Numbered from the stretch's first letter, positions 34,154 to 44,776 are shown. The stretch: 64,000 nt of DNA from Thermoanaerobaculia bacterium (GCA_963666565.1 OY762911.1:2240001-2304000); one strand, 5' to 3'. A program made the numbers and translations. The notes: generated by a model not told the origin, from the letters alone.

Positions 34154-35427
34154 CACGACTCCGCATCGCGGGCCGCGTGGAATCGCCGCTCCAGGTAGAG
34201 CGCCGCCTTGAGCGACCGCTCGCGCCTCGCGGACGCTTCCAGCACGAGCGGCGACGCAAGCGCCAGGAAGAGCGCGACGATGGGCTGCAGGCTCGTGAGG
34301 AGAGCCGCCAGCATGGCTTCGACCCAGGTCCACGCCCCGAGTCGCGTCAGCCCCCGGAGCGAGTTCCGCATCCGACCCGGCAGCCGGACCGCCAGAAAGA
34401 CGAGCAGCGCGAGGACGGCCAGGCCGCTCGAGGCGCGCAGGTAGAGGAGCGGGATCAACAGCGGGCTGGCGATCGACAACAGCAGGACGGCGTCCGCGGC
34501 GACCCGCCGTCGCGCGGACCACGGGAGCGAACGGGACCAGGCCCAGGGCGGCCGACGCGCGCTCAGCAGCGTCGCCAGGGCAAGAACCGTCGTGGTCACG
34601 CCGAGCGAGGCGCCGAGGCGCACTACGAGTTCGGTCTGATCGGGCGTGAACTCGTTGTTGCGGATGGCCAGACCGGTCGGCGCCGCGAAGACGGCGGCCG
34701 GCAGGTGAACGAACGCGACCCACACCCCGAGCGCTCGCAGGGAGAAGACGAGTTGACCGGTCGGAAGACGCCGGCCGAGCGACCGGAGGAAGGACGAATC
34801 CGGCGGGACCCGAGCGGAGCGGGACGACCCTCGCCCGGCCTGGAAGCAGGCGAGGGCGAGAAGGGCCACGGCCGCCGCCAGACCGGGAAGCGAAGCGCTC
34901 GCCGCCAGCGGCGCCGCGGCGGCGGCGCAGGCGCGAGTTCGCCCCGGCGCCGGCGTCCAGACGCCCGCGGCCGCCAGCGCCACGAGCGGCAGAGCAGCCA
35001 GGGCTCTGAGCGAGACCGGCTCGCCGAGCAGCGTCGCTCCAACCCAGAGGAGGAACCAGAGAACGGCAAGGTGAGCAAGCGTCGCGGCGACGCTCAGGAC
35101 GCCCGCAGCCCATCGGGTCCGCGAACCGACGGGCAGATGAAGCTGCCAGCCGCGGTGCGCGGACCCGAGCCGCCGTGCCGCCGCGGCGGCGGCGATGACC
35201 GCCCAGAACGCGAAGCCGAGCCGGACGACCGAGAACGCTTCAGGCGTCGCGGTGCCGGCTGCCAGTCCCTTGAACAGAAGCTCGCGGGCCTGCGGCGGCT
35301 GCAGCGCCGCCAGAACGAGCAGGAGAACCAGTTGGAAGGTCGCGAGCCCCAGGGTGACGCGGATGGAGGAGGAGAGATGGAACCGGAAGCTCGCGCCCAA
35401 TCCGGTTCTTGTCGCGGGCTTATGCAC
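34153..35427 (-). CDS. Multi-pass membrane protein, probable ABC permease
   Basis: About 10-12 hydrophobic segments; translationally coupled to the ATPase. Confidence 0.7.
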   Translation of the reverse strand: MHKPATRTGLGASFRFHLSSSIRVTLGLATFQLVLLLVLAALQPPQARELLFKGLAAGTATPEAFSVVRLGFAFWAVIAAAAAARRLGSAHRGWQLHLPVGSRTRWAAGVLSVAATLAHLAVLWFLLWVGATLLGEPVSLRALAALPLVALAAAGVWTPAPGRTRACAAAAAPLAASASLPGLAAAVALLALACFQAGRGSSRSARVPPDSSFLRSLGRRLPTGQLVFSLRALGVWVAFVHLPAAVFAAPTGLAIRNNEFTPDQTELVVRLGASLGVTTTVLALATLLSARRPPWAWSRSLPWSARRRVAADAVLLLSIASPLLIPLLYLRASSGLAVLALLVFLAVRLPGRMRNSLRGLTRLGAWTWVEAMLAALLTSLQPIVALFLALASPLVLEASARRERSLKAALYLERRFHAARDAES

Positions 35428-35578
35428 CGCCTCGGAGGATAGCTGCCTCGCGGCCGACGCTGAGAATCTGCCCGGACCGGTGCCGCATGGGGACCTTGCC
35501 GGCGTGTCAGGCGATGCGCCGGGCCGTTTTCCGCGGGAACGCGGACCGCAGGCGTCTCGGTAGTGGCGAAAGACGCGC

Positions 35579-35836
35579 CTAACTCTCGACGCCTCGGGGA
35601 CGCCAGAACCGCAGGCCCACCTGGACGCCCGCCAGAATCACGGTCGCGACCGCGATGGCGGTCAGTATCGTTCCTTCCATGCCGTCGATCTGGCCTTGCA
35701 GGCCGTCGATCTGGCCCTGCAGGTTCGCCTCGAGGGCGGTGATTCGCCCCTCCAGCCGAGCGATGTCGGCCTTCGTGGCCAAGTGCTGGTAGGCGGCTTC
35801 AAGCGCTGCCACCCGTTCTTCGATTGGTATCGCCAT
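35579..35836 (-). CDS. Small coiled-coil, C-terminally anchored protein (DUF1640/CCDC90-like), paralog 1
   Basis: MAIPIEERVAALEAAYQHLATKADIARLE...TILTAIAVATVILAGVQVGL. Confidence 0.72.
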   Translation of the reverse strand: MAIPIEERVAALEAAYQHLATKADIARLEGRITALEANLQGQIDGLQGQIDGMEGTILTAIAVATVILAGVQVGLRFWRPRGVES

Positions 35837-35999
35837 TGGGCGTGCCCCTCTTGGTAGTCGGTCTCTCTGGAGTCGGTGGGGCAACCCGACGTCACCGCTC
35901 GACGCTACGCGAACAGGCGGCTCATGGCAAGGCCGAGCGCGGCTTCGGAGTCTTGCTCCGGCGCCTTGGACGGACGGTGCGTCGACCGGCTTGGGGCGC

Positions 36000-36290
36000 C
36001 TAGGTCTCGGCGCCTCGTGGACGCCAGAACCGCAGGCCCACCTGGACGCCGGCCAGGATCACGGTCGCGACCGCGATGGCGGTCAGCATCGTTCCTTCCA
36101 GGCCATCGATCTGGCCTTGCAGTCCGTTGATCTGGCCTTGGAGGTTCGCCTCGACAGTGGCCATCTGGCCTTGCAGGTTTGCCTCAAGGGCGGCGATCCG
36201 TCCCTCCAGTCGAGCGATGTCGGCCTTGGTGGCCAAGTGCTTGTAGACGGCCTCAAGCGCCGCAACTCGTTCTTCGATCGGTACTGCCAT
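36000..36290 (-). CDS. Small coiled-coil, C-terminally anchored protein, paralog 2
   Basis: Near-identical to paralog 1 with an extra 11-aa repeat. Confidence 0.72.
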   Translation of the reverse strand: MAVPIEERVAALEAVYKHLATKADIARLEGRIAALEANLQGQMATVEANLQGQINGLQGQIDGLEGTMLTAIAVATVILAGVQVGLRFWRPRGAET

Positions 36291-36399
36291 CGGTTTGCCC
36301 TCACTGGATGTACTGGACGTTGTGGGGCAGCCCGAAGCTACGTCAACGGTGGACCGAAGGCAAGGTCCTGGGGGGTGTCAGGGCACTACGTCCTGCGTG

Positions 36400-37302
36400 T
36401 CAGGGCACGACCTCGGCCCAGTTCGGCGCGGCCGCGGCGTCGCCCTCGCCCGCGGCCCATTCGATCGTGTCGCCGACCCAGGCCTGGAACATCTCGTGGT
36501 CCCAGACGTCCTCGCGGTGACCCATCGCGTTGTAGAGGACGCGGCCGGCGCCGAGTTCGCGGCACCAGGCGACGGGGTAGGGGGCGATGTCGTAGACCTC
36601 CTGCCTGGCGCGCTCTTCGCCGGGGTCCATCAGCGCCAGGACGTGGAGCTTGTCCTCGGCGACGTTCTTGAACAGGTACCACTCGTCCATGATCTTCCAG
36701 CCGTCCTCGACGGACTTCATCGTCGGGTGGGCGGCATCGGCGACGCGGACGATGCCGGGGAACTGGGCGCCGTGGTGGACGAACTCGCCGCCGATCATGC
36801 CGACGTAGGGCGTGACTTCGTCCTCCTCGCCGTGGAAGGTGTCGGTCGCTGGGTGGAAGCCGACGAAGCCGCCGCCGGCCTCGATCCAGGCGATCAGGTC
36901 GGAGACGCCGTCGGCGCTCATCGGCGGATTGCCGTCGCCGCGGAAGAAGCCCTCGCCGGTGCCGCCCCGCTGGGTCAGGTCGCCGGTCGTGTAGAAGACG
37001 ACGACGTCGAAGTTGGCGAGCTGGGCCGCGTTGACGAGGCCCGCGTCCTTGGTGGACGTGACCTCGAAGCCGCGGTCGGCTGCCATGCCGGCGAGCACGG
37101 CGTCGACGTGGCTGGGCCGGCCGTCCGTGCGTTTGATGGCGGAGTGCTCGAAGCCGGAGGACTTGCTGAGGAACAGGACGCGGACGGGGTCGTCGGTTTG
37201 GGCTTCGGAGGCGAAGCTGGGGGTGCCGGCGGTGGCCAGGAGGAGGAGGGGCAGTGCGAGTGCGAGGAGCAGGTGCCGAATGCGACTTGGAGCTTGGTTC
37301 AT
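36400..37302 (-). CDS. Exported ThuA-domain protein
   Basis: Signal peptide; RVLFLSKSSGFEHS, GGGFVGFHPATDT, DEWY, GRVLYNAMGH. Confidence 0.88.
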   Translation of the reverse strand: MNQAPSRIRHLLLALALPLLLLATAGTPSFASEAQTDDPVRVLFLSKSSGFEHSAIKRTDGRPSHVDAVLAGMAADRGFEVTSTKDAGLVNAAQLANFDVVVFYTTGDLTQRGGTGEGFFRGDGNPPMSADGVSDLIAWIEAGGGFVGFHPATDTFHGEEDEVTPYVGMIGGEFVHHGAQFPGIVRVADAAHPTMKSVEDGWKIMDEWYLFKNVAEDKLHVLALMDPGEERARQEVYDIAPYPVAWCRELGAGRVLYNAMGHREDVWDHEMFQAWVGDTIEWAAGEGDAAAAPNWAEVVP

Positions 37303-37351
37303 GCGGGGAAGTTACCACCGCGCGGGCTCGCCGCTTTGCGGCATCGCGCTC

Positions 37352-37417
37352 GATGCGGGTCAGAAGACCCGCGCACCCGGCAGAACTCGATGCGGGTCGG
37401 AAGACCCGCGCACCCGG
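37352..37417 (-). repeat. Two tandem REP-like palindromes (reverse orientation)
   Basis: GATGCGGGTC(A/G)GAAGACCCGCGCACCCGG twice. Confidence 0.8.
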
Positions 37418-37422
37418 TGGGC

Positions 37423-38265
37423 TCAACTGAACTGGGCTATGACCTCTTCGCCGAACTGGGCCAGCCGGTCGGGCGGCATCGGCGGCACGATGACGCGGGA
37501 AACGCCGAGTTCGGCCATTCGCGCGACATGGTCGGGCGGTCCGCCGTTCGCGGTGATCTCGATCGCGTCCGGGTCGCGGCCCGCCGCCTCGGCGCTCTCG
37601 CGCATGACGCCGAGCAGGTGCTTCAGCCTGTCGGCATCGCCGAGAGCGGGGAAGAACCCGTCGCCCAGTTCGCCGGCGCGGCGGGCGGCGCGCTCGGAGT
37701 GGCCGCCGACGACGATCGGCACGGAACCCTGGACCGGCTGAGGCCGGCTGTAGCAGTCGGAGAACTGGACGAACTCGCCGTCGTGGCTCGGGCAGTCTTC
37801 GGTCCACAGGGCCCGCAGGGCGCCGATGTAGTCGTCCAGCCGGCGTCCGCGGCCGGCGAACGGTACGCCGAGCGCCTTGAACTCCTCCTCCAGCCAGCCG
37901 ACGCCGACGCCCAGGACGGCCCGGCCGCCGGAGAGCTTGTCGAGCGTGGCGACGGCCTTGGCCGTGACCAGGGGATTGCGCTGCGGGACGATCAGGATGC
38001 CGGTCGCGAGCTTGATGCTCTTCGTCGCCGCGGCCACGTAGGATAGCCACATGAGCGGGTCGGGGATGTCGAAGTCCTCGCGTCCGCCGGGCATCCTGCC
38101 GCTCTCGTCGTAGGGGTAGCGGGAGGCGTAGCCGCGCGGGACGACGACGTGCTCCACGGTCCATAGCGAGTCGAAGCCGGCGGCTTCGGCGGCCTGGGCC
38201 AGTGCGGCGGCAGGCGGACCGTCGACGAACGCGCCGGTGTTGGCGAACATGATGCCGAACTTCAT
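37423..38265 (-). CDS. LLM-class (luciferase-like, F420-type) oxidoreductase
   Basis: MKFGIMFAN...AEAAGFDSLWTVEHVV...LDKLSGGRAVLGVGVGWLEEEF; AAGGAG upstream of ATG 38265. Confidence 0.92.
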   Translation of the reverse strand: MKFGIMFANTGAFVDGPPAAALAQAAEAAGFDSLWTVEHVVVPRGYASRYPYDESGRMPGGREDFDIPDPLMWLSYVAAATKSIKLATGILIVPQRNPLVTAKAVATLDKLSGGRAVLGVGVGWLEEEFKALGVPFAGRGRRLDDYIGALRALWTEDCPSHDGEFVQFSDCYSRPQPVQGSVPIVVGGHSERAARRAGELGDGFFPALGDADRLKHLLGVMRESAEAAGRDPDAIEITANGGPPDHVARMAELGVSRVIVPPMPPDRLAQFGEEVIAQFS

Positions 38266-38316
38266 CTCTTCTCCTTGTGCCGCGGGCCTTGCGGAACCGG
38301 CGGACTGTAGCAGCCG

Positions 38317-40734
38317 ATGACGAAGCTCCTCGACGCGGTCGCGCGCTGGACGATCCGCTCGCCGCGGCGCGCCATCGCCTGCGCCGTCGCGCCCGCGCTC
38401 GCGCTGGCGGCGCTGCTGCCGGCGACCCCGGTGGACCTCACCTTCACCGGCGTGATGAACCGGGAGAACGAGCACATCGGCCGCTACTTCGAGGCCTCCG
38501 CGCGCTACGAACTGGGCGGGCTGCTGCTGGTGCTGCTCGAAGGCGAGGAAGCGCTGCTCGACGACGCGGTCGACCTCGCGATCCGGGCCGCGTCGGCCTT
38601 GCCGTCCGTGGTGGCGGCGCGCCGTCCGCTGCCCGTCGAGTGGCTGGAGGAACAGGCGCCGTGGCTGGTCGACCGCGCGTTGTTCGACCGTTGGCTGGGA
38701 TTGGCGGAACGCCCGGGCGATGTGGCGAACGCGGCCCGGTTCGCGGCCTCCGCCCTGGCGTTGCGGCGCGAGGCGGGCGGCGCCCCCGGCGCCCGGCTGG
38801 TCGAGATCAAGATGGCGCTCGATCCACTGGAGGAGGAAGTCGGCGGCAGTGCGTTCTTCGAGCTCCGGGACGCGGTCGAGCGCGCGCTGGCCGGTACGGG
38901 GGCGACCGCCGCGTTCTCGGGCCTGCCGGCGGCCTCGGCGGAGGACCAGGAACAGACCCTGGGCGCCATCCGGCGGCTGACGCCGATCAGCCTCGCGCTC
39001 GTGCTGCTGCTGTTCGGGATCGTCGAAAGGCGTCCGGGCGGCCTGCTCTCGGTGGCGGCGGTGCTCGTGCTCTCGATCGGCGCCGCGCTCGGCGCGGTCG
39101 GCCTGCTGACCGGCAAGCTGACGGTCATGGAGACCTTCTTCGGGGTCACGGTGTTCGGTCTGGGCATCGACTTCGCCGTTCATCTGTTCGCGCGCCAGCG
39201 CGAGGAACTCGCGCGCGGCCTTCCCTTCGAGCGGGCCCTGCGCGGGACGGTGGCGGGTGCCGGCCGCGGCGTGGTCGCCGGCTGCGTCACCACGGCCGGC
39301 GCGTTTCTCGTCGCGTCCGCGGCGCCGGACCCGGTGGCGCTGCACCTCGGCCTGTCCGGCGGCCTGGGGCTGCTCTTCTGCCTGCCGTTGACGCTGCTCA
39401 TCCTCCCCTCGGTCTGGGTGCTGAGGGAGCGAAGGCGTCGTCGCCGCGGCACCACCGCCGGGATCGAGGCGAACGGTGCGACCCGCGCGACCGCTGTACC
39501 GTCGCCGGTTCCCGCGCCGGGCCTTCCCTTCCTCGTGCGATGGGCGACGGAGCGGCCGGTCCGCTGCCTCGTCGTCTGCGGGGCAGTGCTGGCGGCGGCG
39601 CTCGCGGGACTGCCCCGGCTCCAGATCGAAACGCGGCTGGAGCGGATCATGAACCGCGGCATTCCCGCGCTCGCCGCGGTGGACCGGATCCAGGAGATCC
39701 TGGGGACGAACGGCGCGCCGTGGATTCTCGCGGCCGAGGACCTCGAACAGTCGCGGGAGTTCGAGCGTCGGCTGGAAGGGCATCCGCTGTTCAGCGGGAC
39801 GCTCGGCCTCGGCACCGTCCTGCCGGCCGATCTCGCGGACCGCGCCGCCGTTCTGGAGCGTATCCCGTGGCCGGAAGACACGGAACCCGGCGCGGCCGCC
39901 GCCGGCTCGGCGCAAGGCCGCTCGGCGGAGACCGGCGGAGCGGCGGGAGACGCGGCGCCGGCGTTCGACGCCCTGCGCCCGGTGGCGGTGGCGCCGCCCG
40001 CGACTGCCTCGCCGCCGGGCGGTCCCCTGGACGTCGCGGTGGCGGCGCTCCGGCGCGCGGCGGCCGCCGGCCCGCCGACTCTCGACTCGCTGCCGTCCGC
40101 GCTGCGGGAGAAGTTCATCGCGCCGACCGGCGAGTTCCTCGTCTACGCCTACCCCGGCGACTCGAAGGCCGACGGCGCCCTGGCCCGGCGCCACCGGCTG
40201 GCGGTGCAGGCGATCGACCCCGGCGCCACCGGCTTGCTGGCCGTGGTCGAGGGGATGATGATCGGCGAGCGGCCCTGGATCCCCTGGATCGCCCTCTCGA
40301 TCCTGGGCTTCGTCCTGCTGGTGCTGTGCGTCGACTTCCGGCGCCCGGCGTCCGTCCTGCTGGCGCTCGTTCCCGTGCTGGCCGCCGTCCCGTTCACCCT
40401 GGGCGTGCTGTGCTGGATCGGCATTCCCTTCAACGTGATGACCTGGGTCGTGCTGCCGCTGATCTTCGGGCTGGGCATCGACGACGGCATCCACGTCGTC
40501 CACCGCATTCTCGACGACCCGTCGCGGTCCATCCGCTCCGGGGCGCTGTCCGTGGGCCGCGCCATCGCGATGACGACCCTCACCACGACCGCTAGCTTCT
40601 CGGTCCTCCTGTTCACGGACCACCTGGGGCTGGAGACGATGGCCGCGGTCATGCTGGTCGGCCTGCCGGCGTGCCTGCTGGCCTCGGTCACCGTGTTGCC
40701 TGCGGCTGCCGTCCTGCTGCTCGGAAGGCGGTAG
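38317..40734 (+). CDS. MMPL/RND family transporter
   Basis: Two transmembrane halves with FGLGIDFAVH and FGLGIDDGIH motifs. Confidence 0.88.
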   Translation: MTKLLDAVARWTIRSPRRAIACAVAPALALAALLPATPVDLTFTGVMNRENEHIGRYFEASARYELGGLLLVLLEGEEALLDDAVDLAIRAASALPSVVAARRPLPVEWLEEQAPWLVDRALFDRWLGLAERPGDVANAARFAASALALRREAGGAPGARLVEIKMALDPLEEEVGGSAFFELRDAVERALAGTGATAAFSGLPAASAEDQEQTLGAIRRLTPISLALVLLLFGIVERRPGGLLSVAAVLVLSIGAALGAVGLLTGKLTVMETFFGVTVFGLGIDFAVHLFARQREELARGLPFERALRGTVAGAGRGVVAGCVTTAGAFLVASAAPDPVALHLGLSGGLGLLFCLPLTLLILPSVWVLRERRRRRRGTTAGIEANGATRATAVPSPVPAPGLPFLVRWATERPVRCLVVCGAVLAAALAGLPRLQIETRLERIMNRGIPALAAVDRIQEILGTNGAPWILAAEDLEQSREFERRLEGHPLFSGTLGLGTVLPADLADRAAVLERIPWPEDTEPGAAAAGSAQGRSAETGGAAGDAAPAFDALRPVAVAPPATASPPGGPLDVAVAALRRAAAAGPPTLDSLPSALREKFIAPTGEFLVYAYPGDSKADGALARRHRLAVQAIDPGATGLLAVVEGMMIGERPWIPWIALSILGFVLLVLCVDFRRPASVLLALVPVLAAVPFTLGVLCWIGIPFNVMTWVVLPLIFGLGIDDGIHVVHRILDDPSRSIRSGALSVGRAIAMTTLTTTASFSVLLFTDHLGLETMAAVMLVGLPACLLASVTVLPAAAVLLLGRR

Positions 40735-40744
40735 CCTCGTCCCG

Positions 40745-41569
40745 ATGCCCGAGCTGTCGCACCAGTCAGCCGTCCTGATCGTTGCCGCCGGTCTCGTCGC
40801 CTGCGGTGCGCCGGAATCCGTCGCCCTGCCCGGCTGGGACCGGAGCGACGAGGAGAGCGTGGAACGGATCGACCACGGCGCCTGGCAGGAGTTGCTGGAC
40901 CGCTACGTCGTCGCGCGGGACACCGGGGTCAACCTGGTCGACTACGCGGGCTTCGCCCGCAACGGCGACGACGCCGCGAAGCTGGCGGCGTACCTGGACG
41001 ACCTGCAGGCCCTCGATCCGCTGACCCTCGCGCGCGCCGAGCAGAAGGCGTTCTGGATCAACCTGTACAACGCCCTGACGCTCCAGGTCGTCCTCTCGGA
41101 GTACCCGGTCGACTCGATCAAGGAGATCCACGAGGGAATCGTCCCCAACGCCGGCCCGTGGCAGGACCCGCACGCGGAAGTGAACGGCCGGAGCCTGAGC
41201 CTCGACGACATCGAACACGGCATCCTGCGCCCGCTCTGGCGGGACAACCGGATCCACTACGGCGTGAACTGTGCCGCGTACGGCTGCCCTCACCTGGTGG
41301 CGACGGCGTTCACCGGCGCGAACACGGACCGGTTGCTCGACGAGGCGGCCCGCGCCTACGTGAACGACGCCCGCGGTGTCGACTTCGTCGCCACCGACCG
41401 GATCGTCGTCTCGAGCATCTACGAGTGGTACGTGGAGGACTTCGGCGACACGGAAGAGTCGGTGCTGGCCCACCTCGTCGACTACGCGGACGAAGAACTG
41501 GCCGCCCGCCTGCGGGACTTCGACGGGACGATCGAGTACGCGTACGACTGGCGCCTGAACGAGCCATGA
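40745..41569 (+). CDS. DUF547 domain lipoprotein
   Basis: Lipobox LVAC; AFWINLYNA, LSLDDIEHGILR, RIHYGVNCAAYGCP, YDWRLN. Confidence 0.9.
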   Translation: MPELSHQSAVLIVAAGLVACGAPESVALPGWDRSDEESVERIDHGAWQELLDRYVVARDTGVNLVDYAGFARNGDDAAKLAAYLDDLQALDPLTLARAEQKAFWINLYNALTLQVVLSEYPVDSIKEIHEGIVPNAGPWQDPHAEVNGRSLSLDDIEHGILRPLWRDNRIHYGVNCAAYGCPHLVATAFTGANTDRLLDEAARAYVNDARGVDFVATDRIVVSSIYEWYVEDFGDTEESVLAHLVDYADEELAARLRDFDGTIEYAYDWRLNEP

Positions 41570-41646
41570 CTCGCCCGCGCTGTGCGACAATCCCGACCCG
41601 CCGGACATCGACGAATCACCAGCAGGAATGACATGCAGAAGGGGGA

Positions 41647-42507
41647 GTGGCAGGCATGATCCAGACGGGCGAGTTCAGGGGTTTCGAGGTCTCCATCGAG
41701 GATCCGGGGATCCTCGTCATCGCGTTCAACCGGCCGGACCGTCTCAACGGCATGGACGCGCAGATGAAGCGGGACCTGCTGGAGACGCTGACGCAGGCCG
41801 CCATGGAGGATTCGGTGCGCGTCGTTCTCTTCACGGGCAGCGGCCGGGCGTTCTCCGCAGGCGACGACATCAGCGGCCAGGACAAGGGCCGCCGCGGCGA
41901 GGCCCTGGTGCCGGACATCCACCGGGGCCACGACAACGTGCTCGGCACGATCAACGGCCTGCGCAAGATTTCGCAGCCGATCAACACGGCGATCCGCGGC
42001 ATGGACAAGCTGACGATCGCGGCGATGAACGGCGTCGCGGTCCAGACCGGCTTCTCGCTGGCGCTGAGCTGCGACTTCCGCATCGCCTCGACGGCGGCGC
42101 GGATGGGCAGCGGCACGATCCGTTTCGGGCTGCTGCCGGACGAGGGCGGCCACTACCTGCTGCTGCAGACGATGGGCCTGCCGAAGACGATGGACTTCCT
42201 CATGCGAGGCCGCATCGTCGACGCCGCCGAGGCGCTGGAGCTCGGCCTTGTCCATGAGGTCGTCGAGCCCGGCGACCTGATGCCGCGCGCCATGGACCTC
42301 GCTCGCGAACTGGCGAACGGGCCACAGGTGGCGATGCGGCTGTTGAAGCGCAGCCTGTACAACGCCGCCGACCAGACCTGGGAGCAGTCGCTCGAGGACA
42401 TCGCGGCCCGCACCCCGATCGGAGACCATCACCCCGACTCCCGCGAGGGCGTGGCCGCCTTCCGCGAGAAGCGGAAGCCGAACTTCAACGCCTGGCTCGA
42501 AGGCTAG
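41647..42507 (+). CDS. Enoyl-CoA hydratase/isomerase
   Basis: FNRPDRLNG, TGSGRAFSAGDD, ALSCDFRIAS, EGVAAFREKRKPNF. Confidence 0.93.
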   Translation: MAGMIQTGEFRGFEVSIEDPGILVIAFNRPDRLNGMDAQMKRDLLETLTQAAMEDSVRVVLFTGSGRAFSAGDDISGQDKGRRGEALVPDIHRGHDNVLGTINGLRKISQPINTAIRGMDKLTIAAMNGVAVQTGFSLALSCDFRIASTAARMGSGTIRFGLLPDEGGHYLLLQTMGLPKTMDFLMRGRIVDAAEALELGLVHEVVEPGDLMPRAMDLARELANGPQVAMRLLKRSLYNAADQTWEQSLEDIAARTPIGDHHPDSREGVAAFREKRKPNFNAWLEG

Positions 42508-42531
42508 GAAATGGCGCCGACCCGCCGTCCG

Positions 42532-42577
42532 CCGGATGCGCGGGTCCTGTGACCCGCTGCCGCCGAAAAGCGGCCAG
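42532..42577 (+). repeat. REP-like palindromic repeat
   Basis: CCGGATGCGCGGGTCCTGTGACCCGCTGCCGCCGAAAAGCGGCCAG. Confidence 0.75.
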
Positions 42578-42710
42578 GAACTTGTGCCGGCCGCGGGACG
42601 GCGCCGCTGCGGCCTCGTCGGCTGCCGACCGACCGGACGGTAGGTGCTAATCTCCGGTCTCCAGCCGTCACTGCACACGCAACGACCCATCCAAAGCCAG
42701 GGAGATCTCC

Positions 42711-43892
42711 ATGACCGACGCCGTCATCGTTTCCACCGCCCGCACGCCGATCGGCAAGGCCTATCGCGGCGCCTTCAACAACCTCGAATCGCCGACCATG
42801 GGCGCGGCCGCGATTTCCGCCGCGGTCGAACGCGCCGGCGTCGAGCCGGGTGAGGTCGACGACGTCGTCATGGGCTGCGCCATGCAGCAGGGCACTCAGG
42901 GCAACAACGTGGCCCGGCAGTGCGCGATCCGGGCCGGCCTGCCCGTCGAGGTCTCGGGGATGACGGTGGACCGGCAATGCTCGTCGGGCCTGATGGCCAT
43001 CGCCACCGCCGCCAAGCAGGTCGTGATCGACGGAGCGCCGGTTGTGGTCGCCGGCGGAATCGACTCGATCAGCCTGGTGCAGAACGACAAGATGAACCAC
43101 TTCCGTGTTCCCGATCCCTGGATCAAGGAGAACAAGCCGGATCTCCACCTGCCGATGATCGACACCGCCGAGGTGGTGGCGAAGCGCTACGACGTCACCC
43201 GCGAGCAGCAGGACGAGTACGGCCTGCAGAGCCAGCAGCGGACCGCCGCCGGGCAGGAAGCGGGCGCCTTCGACGACGAGATCATCACGATGAACGCGAC
43301 AAAGATGATCCTCGACCGGGCGACCGGCGACATCAGCTTCGGCGAGGTCGAGCTGTCCCAGGACGAGGGCAACCGGCCGAGCACGACGATCGAGGGCCTC
43401 TCCGGCCTGAAGCCGGTGCGCGAGAACGGCACGATCACCGCCGGCAATGCCAGCCAGCTCTCCGACGGCGCCTCGGCCTGCGTGGTGATGGACTCGAAGG
43501 TGGCCGAGCAGCGCGGCCTCGATCCGCTCGGCATCTACAAGGGAATGGCGGTCGCCGGCTGCGAGCCGGACGAGATGGGGATCGGCCCCGTCTTCGCCGT
43601 CCCCAAGCTGCTGGAGCGCCAGGGCCTGACGATGGACGACATCGACCTCTGGGAGCTGAACGAGGCGTTCGCCGTGCAGGTGATCTACTGCCGCGACCGG
43701 CTGGGCATCCCGAACGACAGGCTGAACGTGAACGGCGGCGCCATCTCGATCGGCCACCCGTACGGCATGAGCGGAGCGCGCATGGTCGGCCACGCGCTGA
43801 TCGAGGGCAAGCGCCGCGGCGCGAAGAACGTCGTCGTCACGATGTGCATCGGCGGCGGCATGGGCGCGGCGGGGCTGTTCGAGGTCGCGTGA
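42711..43892 (+). CDS. Acetyl-CoA C-acyltransferase (thiolase)
   Basis: [42 protein letters not shown]. Confidence 0.96.
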   Translation: MTDAVIVSTARTPIGKAYRGAFNNLESPTMGAAAISAAVERAGVEPGEVDDVVMGCAMQQGTQGNNVARQCAIRAGLPVEVSGMTVDRQCSSGLMAIATAAKQVVIDGAPVVVAGGIDSISLVQNDKMNHFRVPDPWIKENKPDLHLPMIDTAEVVAKRYDVTREQQDEYGLQSQQRTAAGQEAGAFDDEIITMNATKMILDRATGDISFGEVELSQDEGNRPSTTIEGLSGLKPVRENGTITAGNASQLSDGASACVVMDSKVAEQRGLDPLGIYKGMAVAGCEPDEMGIGPVFAVPKLLERQGLTMDDIDLWELNEAFAVQVIYCRDRLGIPNDRLNVNGGAISIGHPYGMSGARMVGHALIEGKRRGAKNVVVTMCIGGGMGAAGLFEVA

Positions 43893-43984
43893 TTCGCGGC
43901 GCGGGCGGGCGGTTCGGCCGGCGGCGCTTGGCGGCCGCCGCCGGTCCCGCCGGCATTCGCCCGCGGGCGAACGGCTCGAACGTC

Positions 43985-44776
43985 GTGGTGCGCCGTCCCG
44001 GCGCGCGACGTCTGGCGGCTGCCGCGACCTTGGCCGCGGCGACCGCGGCCGCGGCGCCGGCCGCGGCGCAGACCGAGTTCCACTTCCAGTTCGGCGAACT
44101 GCTGAACCCGTTCTCGGCGCGGACCGAGGAGAGCTTCGTCCTGACGCTTCAGCAGGCGACGCAGTGGAAGTACGGGTCCAGCTTCTACTTCGTCGACTAC
44201 CTCGACGACCGGGGCCGCGACGGCTTCAACGAGCGCGACTTCTACGCCGAGTGGTACCCGACGCTGAGCCTCGGCAAGCTGACCGGGAAGACGGTCGGCG
44301 GCGGGCCGCTCATCGACGTCGGCTTTATCGCCGGGCTGAACGCCTCCGGCTCCGCGAAGGTCGTCAAGTACCTGCCGGGCGTGCGGCTGTCCTGGAAGGC
44401 GCCGGGCTTCGTTTTCCTGAACACGGACTTCATGCTCTACCTCGACGGCAGCAGCGGCGCCGGCGCCGGCGGCGCCCCGAAGACGGACGACGCCTACAAC
44501 GTCGACGTAAGCTGGCTCTATCCCTTCTCGCTGGGCGAACAGAGCTTCCAGATCACTGGCCACGCCGAGTACATCGGCAGCGTGACGAACGAGTTCGGCG
44601 ACGTCTACGGCGGCGCGATCCTGGCTCAGCCCCAGTTTCGCTGGGACCTCGGCAAGGCGGTGGGCGGCGACGCCGGCAAGCTGTTCGCCGGCATCGAGTA
44701 CCAGTACTGGCGCAACAAGCTGGGCACGGACGAAGACGAGACCGCGGCGCAGTTGCTGCTGGTCTGGCAGTTGTAG
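43985..44776 (+). CDS. Tsx/OmpK-like outer-membrane channel (DUF5020-like)
   Basis: Signal peptide ending AAAQ; WKYGSSFYFVD, YAEWYPTLSLGK, QPQFRWDLG, GIEYQYWRNKLG; the upstream part of ORF 42920 is a shadow of the thiolase. Confidence 0.8.
   Translation: MVRRPGARRLAAAATLAAATAAAAPAAAQTEFHFQFGELLNPFSARTEESFVLTLQQATQWKYGSSFYFVDYLDDRGRDGFNERDFYAEWYPTLSLGKLTGKTVGGGPLIDVGFIAGLNASGSAKVVKYLPGVRLSWKAPGFVFLNTDFMLYLDGSSGAGAGGAPKTDDAYNVDVSWLYPFSLGEQSFQITGHAEYIGSVTNEFGDVYGGAILAQPQFRWDLGKAVGGDAGKLFAGIEYQYWRNKLGTDEDETAAQLLLVWQL

Noticed and set aside
37423-40623. 1,066-aa fusion ending in the LLM oxidoreductase (also ORF-track extensions at 27390-28106, 33515-35113, 42920-44776)
   Set aside because: The upstream parts are shadows of neighbouring genes; the real starts have their own RBS or start/stop overlaps.
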